A DNA stretch of 63,330 bases from Mycoplasma sp. CAG:877 (lineage in GTDB: Bacteria > Bacillota_I > Bacilli_A > RF39 > UBA660): NCBI GenBank assembly GCA_000433455.1, contig HF992499.1, positions 193,202-256,531 of the forward strand. The letters are read 5' to 3'. Numbering within the stretch: the first letter of the stretch is position 1; the number at the start of each line of letters is the position of its first letter. The notes beneath the pieces were generated by a model that was not told the origin of the DNA, ran no database searches, and saw nothing but the letters and a program-made list of their open reading frames with translations. Both the position numbers and the translations under genes were made by a program. This document shows positions 35,936 through 46,577 of this stretch, piece after piece.

Positions 35936-38173
35936 ATGATAAAGTTAAAAAATGTTTCAAAATTCTATTATAGTAAAGGAGTTATTGCCTCAGGCTTCAC
36001 TAAAGTAAATCTTGAGTTTAAAATAGGTGAATTTATTGCGATAACTGGTGAATCAGGTTCTGGTAAATCTACATTATTAAATGTAATATCAGGTCTTGAT
36101 ACTTACGAAGAAGGAGAAATGTACATTAATGGTCAAGAAACTAGCCATTACCTAGAAAAAGATTGGGAAGATTACCGTCGTAAATATATCGGAAACATCT
36201 ACCAAAACTTCAACCTCATAAATAGTTACACCGTTTATCAAAATATTGAATTAGTTCTAATATTAAATGGTCTAACTAAAAAAGAGGCTAAACCTAAAGT
36301 CTTAGATTTAATAGACAAAGTTGGTCTAACTAAATTCCGCAAGACTAAAGTATCTAAACTATCAGGTGGTCAAAAACAACGTGTAGCCATAGCAAGAGCT
36401 CTAGCAAAAGATGTTCCAATTATAATTGCTGATGAGCCAACTGGAAGTCTAGATAAAAGATCAGCTGAAAGCATTATTAAACTTCTAAGTGAACTATCAA
36501 AAGATAAATTAGTTATTGTTGTTACTCATAACTATGAACAAATAAGTGATTATGCTACAAGAAAAATAACTATGCACGATGGCAAAGTATTAGAAGATAA
36601 AAAACTAAAAGAAGTAAAATACGGAGTAGCCGAAGAAAACCATTATAAAAATATTAATCTATTTAATAAATTAAAATTAGGTTTTAGAAATACCTTTAAT
36701 GTTGCTCCTAAATTTATTTTATTATTAATAGTTTACTTATTTATTGTTGTTGCTTTAATGACAGAATACTCATCATTTAAAAAGAGTGAATACGAGTCTT
36801 CTAAATCAGGCTATAATTACTTATTCAAAGACTTAGATGAAAGTCGTATCATAGTAAATAAAAAAGATAAATCTAGTATTTCTGAAGAAGAAATAAATAA
36901 AATTGCTTCCCTAGATAATATAAAACATATTATGAAAAACGACTCCATTGTCGACCAAACTTTCTACTTATCATCATCAGATAATAGTTACTATATAGAT
37001 GGAACTCCAAAAAGTATTAAGCAATTATCTGGTAAATTAGATGTTGGTAGAATGCCAGAATCTGATAATGAGATAGTTATTGTTGGTAGTAAAAAAGACT
37101 ATTACCTAGGACAACAATATGATGAATTAATGAGTAAAACCTACAATATAGAAAACAACTCTTCATCTCTTATTCAAGATGATATAAAGGACTATAAAAT
37201 AGTAGGTATTAAATATAAAAAGGATATTGAAGACTACCAATATCAATTATATTTTACAGAAAAAGCTATTGATAAATTTCAAGTACAAAGTAATGAATCC
37301 TACAGTACAACAATAGTTAACTTCTTAGGTAAAAATCATAAAATAAATAGTTGGGAGCCAGCATATAAAATAGTCCCAAATAACTGGGTACCACTAAATG
37401 AAGCATATATTACTGAAGATTATAAATACGAGTGTCCTAAAGAAAATTGTCTAAACCAAAACATAAATATCCATATAAGTAACTTATATTATGAAGATAA
37501 AATAGATGTTCATGTAACTAAGTATTATAATTCTAAAAACATATCTTCCATTCTAGAATTACCAAACTACAACAAAGAAGAATTTGATTTATATAATGGC
37601 ATCATATTTATAAATCCTGAAAACTATAATAATTTATATAACAAAGACACCTATCAAATGAGTGTTTACGTAAAAGATGCTCACAAAATTGCTGAAACAG
37701 AAAAAGAATTAAACAAACTAGATTATAAAACCCTAGTCGTTAAAAACACTCTAATTCAACCAACTGCCTCAGTAATTATTAGAGTCTTAAAAATAATAGT
37801 TACAATCATCTTAGTCGCAACACTTTTCTTTATCACATATTTTGTTATAAAACTAATCTTAAAATCTAGAAATATTTACTATACAACCATTAGAATGTTA
37901 GGTGCTCCTAAAAAAGTAGCTAGACAACTACTAATAATTGAATTATTTATTGTTGCTAATATCGCATATTTTGCTTTTGATTTATGTGTATATTTAAATC
38001 ATCTAGGTACTATAAAAAATTCAACTCTTCAAACTATAAATGAATACTTAACATTTAATGACTATGGTCTAATATATTTAATACTAGTCTTATTATCATT
38101 CTTAATAAGCGAAAAATATGCTGCTAAAATATTTAAAAAGAGTGTCATGAACTCTTATAGAGAAGAGGTGTAA
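35936..38173 (+). CDS. MacB-like fused ABC ATPase-FtsX permease (subunit 1)
   Basis: [30 protein letters not shown]. These are followed by a TM helix, a ~340-aa extracytoplasmic domain and 3 TM helices. Confidence 0.85.
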   Translation: MIKLKNVSKFYYSKGVIASGFTKVNLEFKIGEFIAITGESGSGKSTLLNVISGLDTYEEGEMYINGQETSHYLEKDWEDYRRKYIGNIYQNFNLINSYTVYQNIELVLILNGLTKKEAKPKVLDLIDKVGLTKFRKTKVSKLSGGQKQRVAIARALAKDVPIIIADEPTGSLDKRSAESIIKLLSELSKDKLVIVVTHNYEQISDYATRKITMHDGKVLEDKKLKEVKYGVAEENHYKNINLFNKLKLGFRNTFNVAPKFILLLIVYLFIVVALMTEYSSFKKSEYESSKSGYNYLFKDLDESRIIVNKKDKSSISEEEINKIASLDNIKHIMKNDSIVDQTFYLSSSDNSYYIDGTPKSIKQLSGKLDVGRMPESDNEIVIVGSKKDYYLGQQYDELMSKTYNIENNSSSLIQDDIKDYKIVGIKYKKDIEDYQYQLYFTEKAIDKFQVQSNESYSTTIVNFLGKNHKINSWEPAYKIVPNNWVPLNEAYITEDYKYECPKENCLNQNINIHISNLYYEDKIDVHVTKYYNSKNISSILELPNYNKEEFDLYNGIIFINPENYNNLYNKDTYQMSVYVKDAHKIAETEKELNKLDYKTLVVKNTLIQPTASVIIRVLKIIVTIILVATLFFITYFVIKLILKSRNIYYTTIRMLGAPKKVARQLLIIELFIVANIAYFAFDLCVYLNHLGTIKNSTLQTINEYLTFNDYGLIYLILVLLSFLISEKYAAKIFKKSVMNSYREEV

Positions 38174-38175
38174 TA

Positions 38176-40614
38176 ATGATAAAAATAGAAAATATTAATA
38201 AGTATTTTAATCGTCATAAGAAAAACCAAATTCATGTAATTGATAATACCTCTCTTACTTTAGAAGATACTGGTCTAGTAGCTTTACTTGGTCCGTCTGG
38301 TTCTGGTAAAACAACTCTTTTAAATGTTATAGGTGGTCTAGACAAGGTACAAAAAGGTAAAATATTCATAAATGATCAAAAGATTACTAGTAAGTTTAGT
38401 TACAAAGTAGATAAAATAAGAAACTTAAATATTGGTTACATTTTCCAAGATTATAAACTAGTAGATAATTTATCTGTCTATGATAATGTTGCCTTAAGTT
38501 TAAAAATAATTGGTATTAAAGATAAAAAAGAAATAGATAAAAGAGTAACTTATGTCCTAGAAAAAGTAGGAATGTATCGTTATCGAAAAAGACCAGCTAA
38601 TATGTTATCTGGTGGAGAACGTCAAAGAGTAGGTATTGCTCGCGCAATTGTAAAAAATCCCAATATCATCATAGCAGATGAACCAACAGGTAACTTGGAC
38701 AGTAAGAATTCTGTTGAAATAATGAATATTATCAAGGCAATATCTAAAGATAGATTAGTAATACTAGTAACCCATGAAACAAATTTAGCTAACTTTTACG
38801 CTAGTAGAATTATTGAAATATCTGATGGTAAAGTCGTAAAAGACTATGAAAACACTCATACTAATGAACTAGACTACGCTATCGATAATAGATTCTATCT
38901 AAAAGACTTTAAAAAAGAAGATAACTTTAAAGACAAAACTAATGATATAACAATCTATCATGATAATGATGAAAAACTACAAGTAGAAATAGTAATTAAA
39001 AATAATAATATTTATATTCGTAGTAAAAATAATAATTCAATTGAAGTAGTGGACGAAGACTCTAGTATTGAGTTTATCAATGACCATTATCATAAACTTG
39101 ATAAAAATGAACTGGAAAAATATGAATTTGACTTTGAAAATGTTATCGATAAAAGTAGAAAATTAAGATACTCTTCAATATTTAATCCTCTTACTTTTAT
39201 AACTAATGGTTTTAAAAAAGTATTTGCTTATTCTCTAATTAAAAAGATTCTATTAATTGGTTTTTTCCTATCTGGTATCTTTATAATGATTTCAACTAGT
39301 AGTATGGGAGCAGCTTCAAGAGTAAATGAAAAAGAATTTGTTGAAACTAATAAAAACTATATAACTATTGAATCTAATAAAACAGATCCATCTACATATC
39401 AAAAATATACAGAAGTAGAAGGAGTAAACTACATCTTACCAGGAGGTTCTACAATAAGTATGCGAGTACCATTAAGTGACTATTATCAAACGAGTAAACA
39501 AAATATGCTTTTAAAAGGTTCAATGTCTTCAATTAATATGATTACAAAAGATGATTTAATCTATGGTAGAATGCCAGAAAATAATTATGAAATAGTAGTA
39601 GACAAACTAACTATCGAAAAGATGTATTCATCAAGCGACGGAGTTAACAAAATGGCCAATGTTAAGACTATTAAAGATGTCCTAAATAGAAAAGCCAGAA
39701 TAACCTCTATGGATGACTTTACAATAGTAGGAATAACAGACCTAGTATCACCTTCAATATATGTAAGTGAAGATATGTTTATTGATATGTTATATAACTC
39801 AAAAAATGTAAACGATGCTTATGAAGAGGGAAACGAAGGAACAACTGGTATTCAAAATTATGATTTACTTAAAGATAAAATAACTATTACCAAAGGTAGA
39901 GAACCAGCAAATGATTATGAAACTATTGTCAACGTAAGTAATGAAGAGTCTATGAAATTAAATAAAGAAATTTCAACTAAAATAGGTGATCGTAAATTAA
40001 TAGTAGTTGGTTACTATACATCACCTGATGAAATAAATAATTATTTTGTAAACACCAATACTCTAAAAACAAGTTTAATTTTAAAAACAAAAAAACTAAC
40101 AATTTATTCTAACGACAAAGATAAAACGATTGAAAACTTTAGAAATAATTATGAAATAAATATTTATGATAATTATCAAAAAGATAGAGAAAATTATATT
40201 GCCTCCTATGAAAAAAGTAATAACATAATGCTAGCTAGTGCTACAATCGTTCTAGCTATATCTCTAATCGAAATATTCTTAATGAGTAGATCATCATTCT
40301 TATCTAGAGTAAAAGAAGTAGGAATTTATCGTGCTATAGGTGTTAAGAAAAAAGATATTTACATTATGTTCTCAGGTGAAATAATCGCTATAACAACTCT
40401 AACAAGTTTAACAGGAATTCTAATTTGTGCTTACATAATGAAAGTTCTAACAACAGTACCATACATGCAAAGAGTTATTATGGTAAATATCCCAACTATT
40501 TTAGCCGCAATAATAATATGTTATGGTTTTAATCTCCTAGTAGGACTAATTCCAGTGTTTGCTACTCTACGTAAAACACCAGCTGCTATTCTTGCTAGAA
40601 CTGACTTAGATTAA
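38176..40614 (+). CDS. MacB-like fused ABC ATPase-FtsX permease (subunit 2)
   Basis: GPSGSGKTT, LSGGERQRVGIARA, IIADEPT, with the same TM - large loop - 3 TM layout. Starts 2 nt after the upstream stop. Confidence 0.85.
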   Translation: MIKIENINKYFNRHKKNQIHVIDNTSLTLEDTGLVALLGPSGSGKTTLLNVIGGLDKVQKGKIFINDQKITSKFSYKVDKIRNLNIGYIFQDYKLVDNLSVYDNVALSLKIIGIKDKKEIDKRVTYVLEKVGMYRYRKRPANMLSGGERQRVGIARAIVKNPNIIIADEPTGNLDSKNSVEIMNIIKAISKDRLVILVTHETNLANFYASRIIEISDGKVVKDYENTHTNELDYAIDNRFYLKDFKKEDNFKDKTNDITIYHDNDEKLQVEIVIKNNNIYIRSKNNNSIEVVDEDSSIEFINDHYHKLDKNELEKYEFDFENVIDKSRKLRYSSIFNPLTFITNGFKKVFAYSLIKKILLIGFFLSGIFIMISTSSMGAASRVNEKEFVETNKNYITIESNKTDPSTYQKYTEVEGVNYILPGGSTISMRVPLSDYYQTSKQNMLLKGSMSSINMITKDDLIYGRMPENNYEIVVDKLTIEKMYSSSDGVNKMANVKTIKDVLNRKARITSMDDFTIVGITDLVSPSIYVSEDMFIDMLYNSKNVNDAYEEGNEGTTGIQNYDLLKDKITITKGREPANDYETIVNVSNEESMKLNKEISTKIGDRKLIVVGYYTSPDEINNYFVNTNTLKTSLILKTKKLTIYSNDKDKTIENFRNNYEINIYDNYQKDRENYIASYEKSNNIMLASATIVLAISLIEIFLMSRSSFLSRVKEVGIYRAIGVKKKDIYIMFSGEIIAITTLTSLTGILICAYIMKVLTTVPYMQRVIMVNIPTILAAIIICYGFNLLVGLIPVFATLRKTPAAILARTDLD

Positions 40615-40626
40615 ATGTAAAATTAA

Positions 40627-40657
40627 AAAAGTAGATAACTAAAACTATCTACTTTTT
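40627..40657 (+). terminator. Rho-independent terminator
   Basis: AAAAGTAGATA-loop-TATCTACTTTT followed by T residues. Confidence 0.7.
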
Positions 40658-40685
40658 GTTATAATAAGTATAGGAGGAATAAATA

Positions 40686-41555
40686 ATGGAACAAGCGAAA
40701 GTATATTTTACAAAGAATTTAACCAAAGAAAGTTTAGTAAACTTATATAAAACAGCTAATTGTAATCTAGAAGGTAAAGTCGCTGTTAAAGTTCACTCAG
40801 GTGAAGAAGGTAATCAAAACTTCTTACATCCAGAGTATTTTAAAGATATTATTGATTATGTAAATGGTACAGTAGTAGAATGTAATACTGCCTATGATGG
40901 TGCTAGAAATACTACTGAAAAGCATAAGAAGTTATTAGAAAATCATGGTTGGACTAAGCATTTTGATGTTGACTTATTAGATGCTGAAGGACCAGATTTA
41001 GTCTTACCAATTCCAAATGGTAAAAAGATAAAAGAAAACCACGTTGGTAAAAATATCAAAAACTATGACTCAATGTTAGTTCTATCTCATTTTAAAGGTC
41101 ATCCTATGGGAGGATATGGTGGAGCTTTAAAACAACTATCTATTGGTTGTGCATCTGGCTATGGTAAAGCATATATTCATGGTGTAGGAATACCAGAAAA
41201 TCTATGGACAGCTGACCACGATAGTTTCCTAGAGTCTATGGCCGATGCAGCTTCATCTGTAGTAAAATTATTTAATAATAAAATTGTCTACATAAACATT
41301 CTAGCAAACATGTCAGTAGATTGTGACTGTTGTAGTGTAGCAGAAGATCCATGTATGAAAGATATTGGCATAGTCCTATCAACAGATCCCGTTGCTATCG
41401 ACAAAGCTTGTCTTGATATGGTATATAACAGTAATGATCCAGGAAAACATCATTTAATAGAAAGAATTGAATCAAGAAACGGATATCATACTATAGAGTC
41501 AGCTGAAAAACTAGGTATTGGTACAACAGAATACGAATTAATTAACATAGATTAG
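40686..41555 (+). CDS. DUF362 domain protein
   Basis: AVKVHSGEEGN, VECNTAY and a C-terminal Cys cluster (VDCDCCS) typical of DUF362. Confidence 0.7.
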   Translation: MEQAKVYFTKNLTKESLVNLYKTANCNLEGKVAVKVHSGEEGNQNFLHPEYFKDIIDYVNGTVVECNTAYDGARNTTEKHKKLLENHGWTKHFDVDLLDAEGPDLVLPIPNGKKIKENHVGKNIKNYDSMLVLSHFKGHPMGGYGGALKQLSIGCASGYGKAYIHGVGIPENLWTADHDSFLESMADAASSVVKLFNNKIVYINILANMSVDCDCCSVAEDPCMKDIGIVLSTDPVAIDKACLDMVYNSNDPGKHHLIERIESRNGYHTIESAEKLGIGTTEYELINID

Positions 41556-41576
41556 ACATCATTAGATGTCTTTTTT
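41555..41576 (+). terminator. Rho-independent terminator
   Basis: GACATC-ATTA-GATGTC followed by TTTTTT. Confidence 0.7.
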
Positions 41577-41610
41577 CATACTTAAACAATCTTGAAATAA
41601 AAACATCAAA

Positions 41611-41898
41611 ATGAAAAGCTACTTCAAAGGCTTGGAAAGCACCAAAACCACAGTTTCCTACAGAGTCCTAGATACAAGTATTGCTGAAGTAGATAATGAA
41701 GGAAATATTAAACCTTTAAAAGTAGGTGAAGTAGATATTATCGCAACAGCAGATGGAGTAGAATACACACTTCACTTAAGAGTAACCCAAGACATGATAA
41801 CAAATTCCGATACAGCTTATCCAATTATTATGACACTTTGTGTAATTGGTATACTAATATCAGGAACAACAGTTTATCTAAAAGAACAATCAAACTAA
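41611..41898 (+). pseudogene. Probable remnant of a surface protein: last Big_2-like Ig domain plus C-terminal TM anchor
   Basis: VLDTSIAEVDNEGNIKPLKVGEVDIIATADG is Big_2-like. It is followed by a hydrophobic helix. There is no RBS and no signal peptide, and it begins right after a terminator. Confidence 0.45.
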
Positions 41899-41927
41899 AA
41901 GAGACTAAAATCTAGTCTCTTTCTTTT

Positions 41928-42494
41928 TTAATATAAATTATCAGGTAATAGCTTATCTAAATAACTCAAAATATTATCCTTTGTATACTTATTAGGTTCT
42001 CTAAGGTACATAGAACAAACATTAAGAACCGCACTTACATAAAACATTGTAAGTACTTCAGCTGGTACTTCACTATTATAATTCTTCTCACTCTCTATAT
42101 GACTTCTAACATCCATTAATAAAGTATTTCTAATCATGTCGTTCGCAACACTATTATTGTTATTCTTAATAATAGAAGAGTAGAATGATACATTCTCACT
42201 AATATGTTCAAATAATAACTCAATCATTTTCATATAAAAATCTTTTGTATTAGAAATATTGGTATTAGACTTTAACTTATCAACTAAAGCAACCTCCATA
42301 TCTTTCATTAAAGCATATAAAAGTTCATACTTATCATTAAAATGATCATAAAAAGTAGATCTGTTAGTTAAAGCCACTCTACATATATCCGCCACTTTAA
42401 TATCTTCAAAAGGTTTATCCTTCATCATGACTAATAATCCGTCATATAAACTCTTTTTTGTCTTAATTACACGTAAATCTTCCTTTTTATCCAT
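41928..42494 (-). CDS. TetR/AcrR family transcriptional regulator
   Basis: N-terminal HTH FEDIKVADICRVALTNRSTFYDHF. Divergent from the MMPL gene. Confidence 0.85.
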   Translation of the reverse strand: MDKKEDLRVIKTKKSLYDGLLVMMKDKPFEDIKVADICRVALTNRSTFYDHFNDKYELLYALMKDMEVALVDKLKSNTNISNTKDFYMKMIELLFEHISENVSFYSSIIKNNNNSVANDMIRNTLLMDVRSHIESEKNYNSEVPAEVLTMFYVSAVLNVCSMYLREPNKYTKDNILSYLDKLLPDNLY

Positions 42495-42676
42495 TTTCCA
42501 TCACCTATACATTATTATATACTTAAAACTTATAATGTAAAGATAAACAACACAAAGTTGGTTAAATATACTACTTTTAGCATACAACTGTCGGTTATCA
42601 AACATAAAAGATTATATTTTACTGGTCTTTTTTCTTTTAAAGCATAGAATTAATTATGCGAAGAGGAGGAAAGAGT

Positions 42677-44740
42677 ATGAAAAAAATCGCAGAAAAAATA
42701 ACCAATAACAGTGTTATAGTTCTAGTGATAAGTTTACTTCTTTTCATAGTATCAATATTTGGTTATGTAAATACTAGAGTAAATTACGATATTCTAGTTT
42801 ATCTACCAGATACTATTGAAACTATAAAAGGAGAAAACATTTTAACAGATGAGTTCGGTCTTGGTTCATATGCCTTTGTAATGACAAATGATAAAGATTC
42901 AGAACAAATATTAGCCCTAGAGGATAAAATAAAAGATATAAAGGACGTCAAAGAAGTATGTAGCGTAGCTGATGTCTTAGGAACAACAATTCCATATGAT
43001 ATGTTACCAGATGAAATACAAGATAAATTATATAACGACAACGAAACAGTAATCTTTGTAACATTTAATGGTTCAACTTCAGAGGACTCAACAATAGATG
43101 CCGTTAGATCATTACGAGAAGTTGTAAAAGATGCTAACAAAGTAAGTAGTATGACCGCTATGGTAATTGATACCATGGACTTATCAAATAGTGAATTAGT
43201 AGCCTATGTTTCAATAGCTGTAATCTTCTGTTTACTTATACTTTTAGCAACAACAGATTCTTACATAATACCATTCTTATTACTAGGAAATATTGGTATA
43301 GCAATCATTTATAATATGGGAAGTAACTACTTTCTAGGAAATATAAGTTATATTACAAAGTCTATCTCAGCTGTACTACAATTAGGAGTAACAACAGACT
43401 TCTCAATATTCTTATATCACAAATATGAAGATTCTAAAAAGAAAATTAAAGATAAAAAGAAAGCCATGGCCGATGCAATAGTTCAAACATTTAAATCAAT
43501 ATTAGGTTCATCCTTAACTACATTTGCTGGTTTCCTAGCACTATGTACTATGGACTTATTATTAGGTAAAGATATTGGAATTGTAATGGCAAAAGGAGTT
43601 TTATGTGGATTAATATGTGTTGTTACAATATTCCCATCATTCTTACTAATCTTTGATAAACAAATAGAAAAAACAAAGCACAAAGTATTATTACCTAAAT
43701 TTGAAAAATTACCAAAATTTATAATTTCAAAACAAAAATTTATCTTAATAGCTTTTATCCTATTAATGATACCAGCATATATTGGTAATAGTAATTATGA
43801 TGTTTACTACAAACTTGATGAGTCACTTCCAAAAGATTTAGCTTTTAATGTAGCAAACAATGACTTAGCTAAAAAGTTTGGTATAACATCTCCAGAAATA
43901 ATTATTATGGATAAAAATGTTTCAAGTAGTGATATTGAATCTCTTACTGATGAATTAAAATCAGTAGAAGGAATAGACTTAGTCTTATCACCAAGTGAAT
44001 TCGTAAATAATGGTCTAGAAACAATCATTCCAGATAACTTACAAGAAATACTAAATAATGATAAATATCAATTAGTCTTAACTAATTCTACTTATGAAAT
44101 AGCATCAGATGACTTAAATAATCAACTAGCAACAGTAAATAAAATAGTTCATAAATACAATAAAAAGGCTATAGTTGCTGGTGAAGGTGCTCTAATGAAA
44201 GACTTAATAACTATTGCAGATCATGACTTTAACATGGTTAATTACACATCACTTGCTGTAATCTTTATAATCATGGTACTAGTATTAAAATCATTAAGTC
44301 TACCAATAGTCTTAAGTTTAGTAATTGAATTTGCTATCTTCGTAAATATGTCAATTGCTTACTATACAGGAACATCACTTCCATTTATAGCTTCAATCGT
44401 TGTAGGAACAATCCAGTTAGGAGCAACAATAGACTATGCTATTTTAATGTCTACTAAGTATATTGAAGAAAGACAAAAAAGTGCCAATAAACAAAAATGT
44501 ATGGAAGAAACTCTTAAGTTTACAATCCCATCTATCATAACTTCAGCTTTATGTTTCTTTGCCGCAACAGCAAGCGTTGGTTTCTATACCAAAATAGATA
44601 TGATTGGTTCAATTTGTAACTTACTAGCAAGAGGTTCTCTAATTAGTATGATATCAGTTATCTTTATCTTACCATCATTATTAATGTTATGTGATAAGAT
44701 AATTCTAAAAAATAAAAATGTTAAGAAAGAAGGAAAATAA
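42677..44740 (+). CDS. MMPL/RND-superfamily transporter
   Basis: Two repeats of TM - extracytoplasmic domain - 5 TM. GGAGGA RBS supports the ATG at 42677. Confidence 0.8.
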   Translation: MKKIAEKITNNSVIVLVISLLLFIVSIFGYVNTRVNYDILVYLPDTIETIKGENILTDEFGLGSYAFVMTNDKDSEQILALEDKIKDIKDVKEVCSVADVLGTTIPYDMLPDEIQDKLYNDNETVIFVTFNGSTSEDSTIDAVRSLREVVKDANKVSSMTAMVIDTMDLSNSELVAYVSIAVIFCLLILLATTDSYIIPFLLLGNIGIAIIYNMGSNYFLGNISYITKSISAVLQLGVTTDFSIFLYHKYEDSKKKIKDKKKAMADAIVQTFKSILGSSLTTFAGFLALCTMDLLLGKDIGIVMAKGVLCGLICVVTIFPSFLLIFDKQIEKTKHKVLLPKFEKLPKFIISKQKFILIAFILLMIPAYIGNSNYDVYYKLDESLPKDLAFNVANNDLAKKFGITSPEIIIMDKNVSSSDIESLTDELKSVEGIDLVLSPSEFVNNGLETIIPDNLQEILNNDKYQLVLTNSTYEIASDDLNNQLATVNKIVHKYNKKAIVAGEGALMKDLITIADHDFNMVNYTSLAVIFIIMVLVLKSLSLPIVLSLVIEFAIFVNMSIAYYTGTSLPFIASIVVGTIQLGATIDYAILMSTKYIEERQKSANKQKCMEETLKFTIPSIITSALCFFAATASVGFYTKIDMIGSICNLLARGSLISMISVIFILPSLLMLCDKIILKNKNVKKEGK

Positions 44741-44741
44741 T

Positions 44742-46364
44742 ATGAAAAATATGAATAAAGTTATTTCAGGTATCCTAATATCTAGTATGTTATTAACTCC
44801 AATTTCTACTTTTGCCTTAACAAAAGAGGAAACAATTTATACTAACTTAAACTATGATGGTAAAGTAGAAAAGACTACTGTTAATAATCATTTATCTAAT
44901 CTAGATAAAGGAACAATTAAAGATGATACAGATTTACAAAAAATTCTAAATATTAATGGTAAAGAAAAATATAGTCTTGATAATGGTATAATTAGTTGGA
45001 ACTCAACTGGTAAAGATATTTATTATCAAGGAACAACTAAAGAAAGTCTACCAATTACAGTAGAAGCTAAATACTATTTAAATGGTAAAGAAACTAAAGT
45101 AAAAGATTTAATTGGTAAAAAAGGTAATATTACTATTAAATTAAATTTAACTAATAACTCTTATAATACTTATTATAAACAATACACTCCATTCGTTGTA
45201 ACAGTAGGAACAACACTTTCTAATAAAAATAATTCTAATATTACTGTAACAAATGGTAAAGTAACATCAACTGGTAATAAGAGTATGTTAGTAGCTCTTG
45301 CTACACCTGGATTATATGAAAGTATTGGTCTAGAGGATTTAAAGAGTCTAAATAATGTTGAAATTAACTATACAACAACTAACTTTACTTTAAATAATAT
45401 CTACTTAGTAGCAACTCCAAAACTACTATCTGAAAGTGATTTATCTGTATTCAATAAGATGGATAATCTATCTTCCTCAATTAATACTCTACAAGATAGT
45501 ATGAATAAAGTAGTATCTGGTACTACTGAATTAAAAACTGGTACTGAAAAATTATCAGTAGGTGCTTCTACTTTAACTAGTAAATATAGTGAAGTATTAG
45601 GTGGAGTGGAAAGAATAAAAAATGGTTCAATTGACTTAACTTCTGGCATTGAACAAATTATTGCTTCTCTAGAAGCTGTAAAAAAACAACTAGTAGCTGA
45701 ACAAACTAGTCCTGAAGCAATTGCTCAAGCAGAATCTTTAAAAGAGTTACAAGCTTCAAATGCTCAAATGTTAACAAAATTAAAAGTTGCATTTAATAAT
45801 GATGAAACAAGAATTTTAAATGCTAAAAAAGCTGCTGTAGAATGTAATTTAACTACTGAAACAGATGAACAAAAACTAGGTATTTGTTTAATTAAACATG
45901 GCTTAACTACAGAAGAAATATCTGCACTTCCATATCTATTATTAATTGAAAATAATAGTACAGCTATAACTACTTTAAATGCAAAATTATCTTCATCTGT
46001 TACAACAATCAACACCATGATAGCAACTCTAGAAGAAGCCTTAAAAGAAGCAAAAGATGGTTCACTTGGTCTAACAGCTGGATTAGATGAATTAAAAAGT
46101 GGACTAGCCTTACTAGAAGCAGGAACTAAAGAATTATCAACTGGTCTAAATTCAGCTTTAACTGGAACAACAGCTCTAGAAGAAGGACTTACTCAAATAA
46201 ATAACGAAGGAATAAATAAATTATCTTCATATACAAATACAGTATCTAATTACTCTTCTAAAGTAAAATCTCTAGTAAAATTATCAAAAGAGTATAATGG
46301 TTACCAAACATCTACTGCTAATAACTCAACATTTATCTATAAGATAAAATCATTAACAAAGTAA
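44742..46364 (+). CDS. Secreted protein with two blocks of xxxLxxG heptad repeats (YhgE/Pip-type repeat)
   Basis: Signal peptide MKNMNKVISGILISSMLLTPISTFA. Repeats such as ELKTGTEKLSVGASTLTS and LTAGLDELKSGLALLEAGTKELSTGLNSALTG. Starts 1 nt after the MMPL stop. Confidence 0.75.
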   Translation: MKNMNKVISGILISSMLLTPISTFALTKEETIYTNLNYDGKVEKTTVNNHLSNLDKGTIKDDTDLQKILNINGKEKYSLDNGIISWNSTGKDIYYQGTTKESLPITVEAKYYLNGKETKVKDLIGKKGNITIKLNLTNNSYNTYYKQYTPFVVTVGTTLSNKNNSNITVTNGKVTSTGNKSMLVALATPGLYESIGLEDLKSLNNVEINYTTTNFTLNNIYLVATPKLLSESDLSVFNKMDNLSSSINTLQDSMNKVVSGTTELKTGTEKLSVGASTLTSKYSEVLGGVERIKNGSIDLTSGIEQIIASLEAVKKQLVAEQTSPEAIAQAESLKELQASNAQMLTKLKVAFNNDETRILNAKKAAVECNLTTETDEQKLGICLIKHGLTTEEISALPYLLLIENNSTAITTLNAKLSSSVTTINTMIATLEEALKEAKDGSLGLTAGLDELKSGLALLEAGTKELSTGLNSALTGTTALEEGLTQINNEGINKLSSYTNTVSNYSSKVKSLVKLSKEYNGYQTSTANNSTFIYKIKSLTK

Positions 46365-46380
46365 TAATTGAAATATAAAA

Positions 46381-46430
46381 ATAGACTATATGGAACTAAA
46401 TAGTACTAAGTTCATTAGTCTATTTTTTTC
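46381..46430 (+). terminator. Long hairpin terminator
   Basis: ATAGACTA..GAACT-loop-AGTTC..TAGTCTAT followed by a T-run. Confidence 0.65.
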
Positions 46431-46577
46431 ATTTAAAAGAAAAACATTTTTACTAAAATCTACTTTAAATATGCTATTATATAGGTACATGCAACCTAAA
46501 GTTTACAAATTTCCAATCAAAGTTGGTAGAAAGCAACCGTTAATTATCGTACTATTAATAGCGAAAGAGGTGAGATT

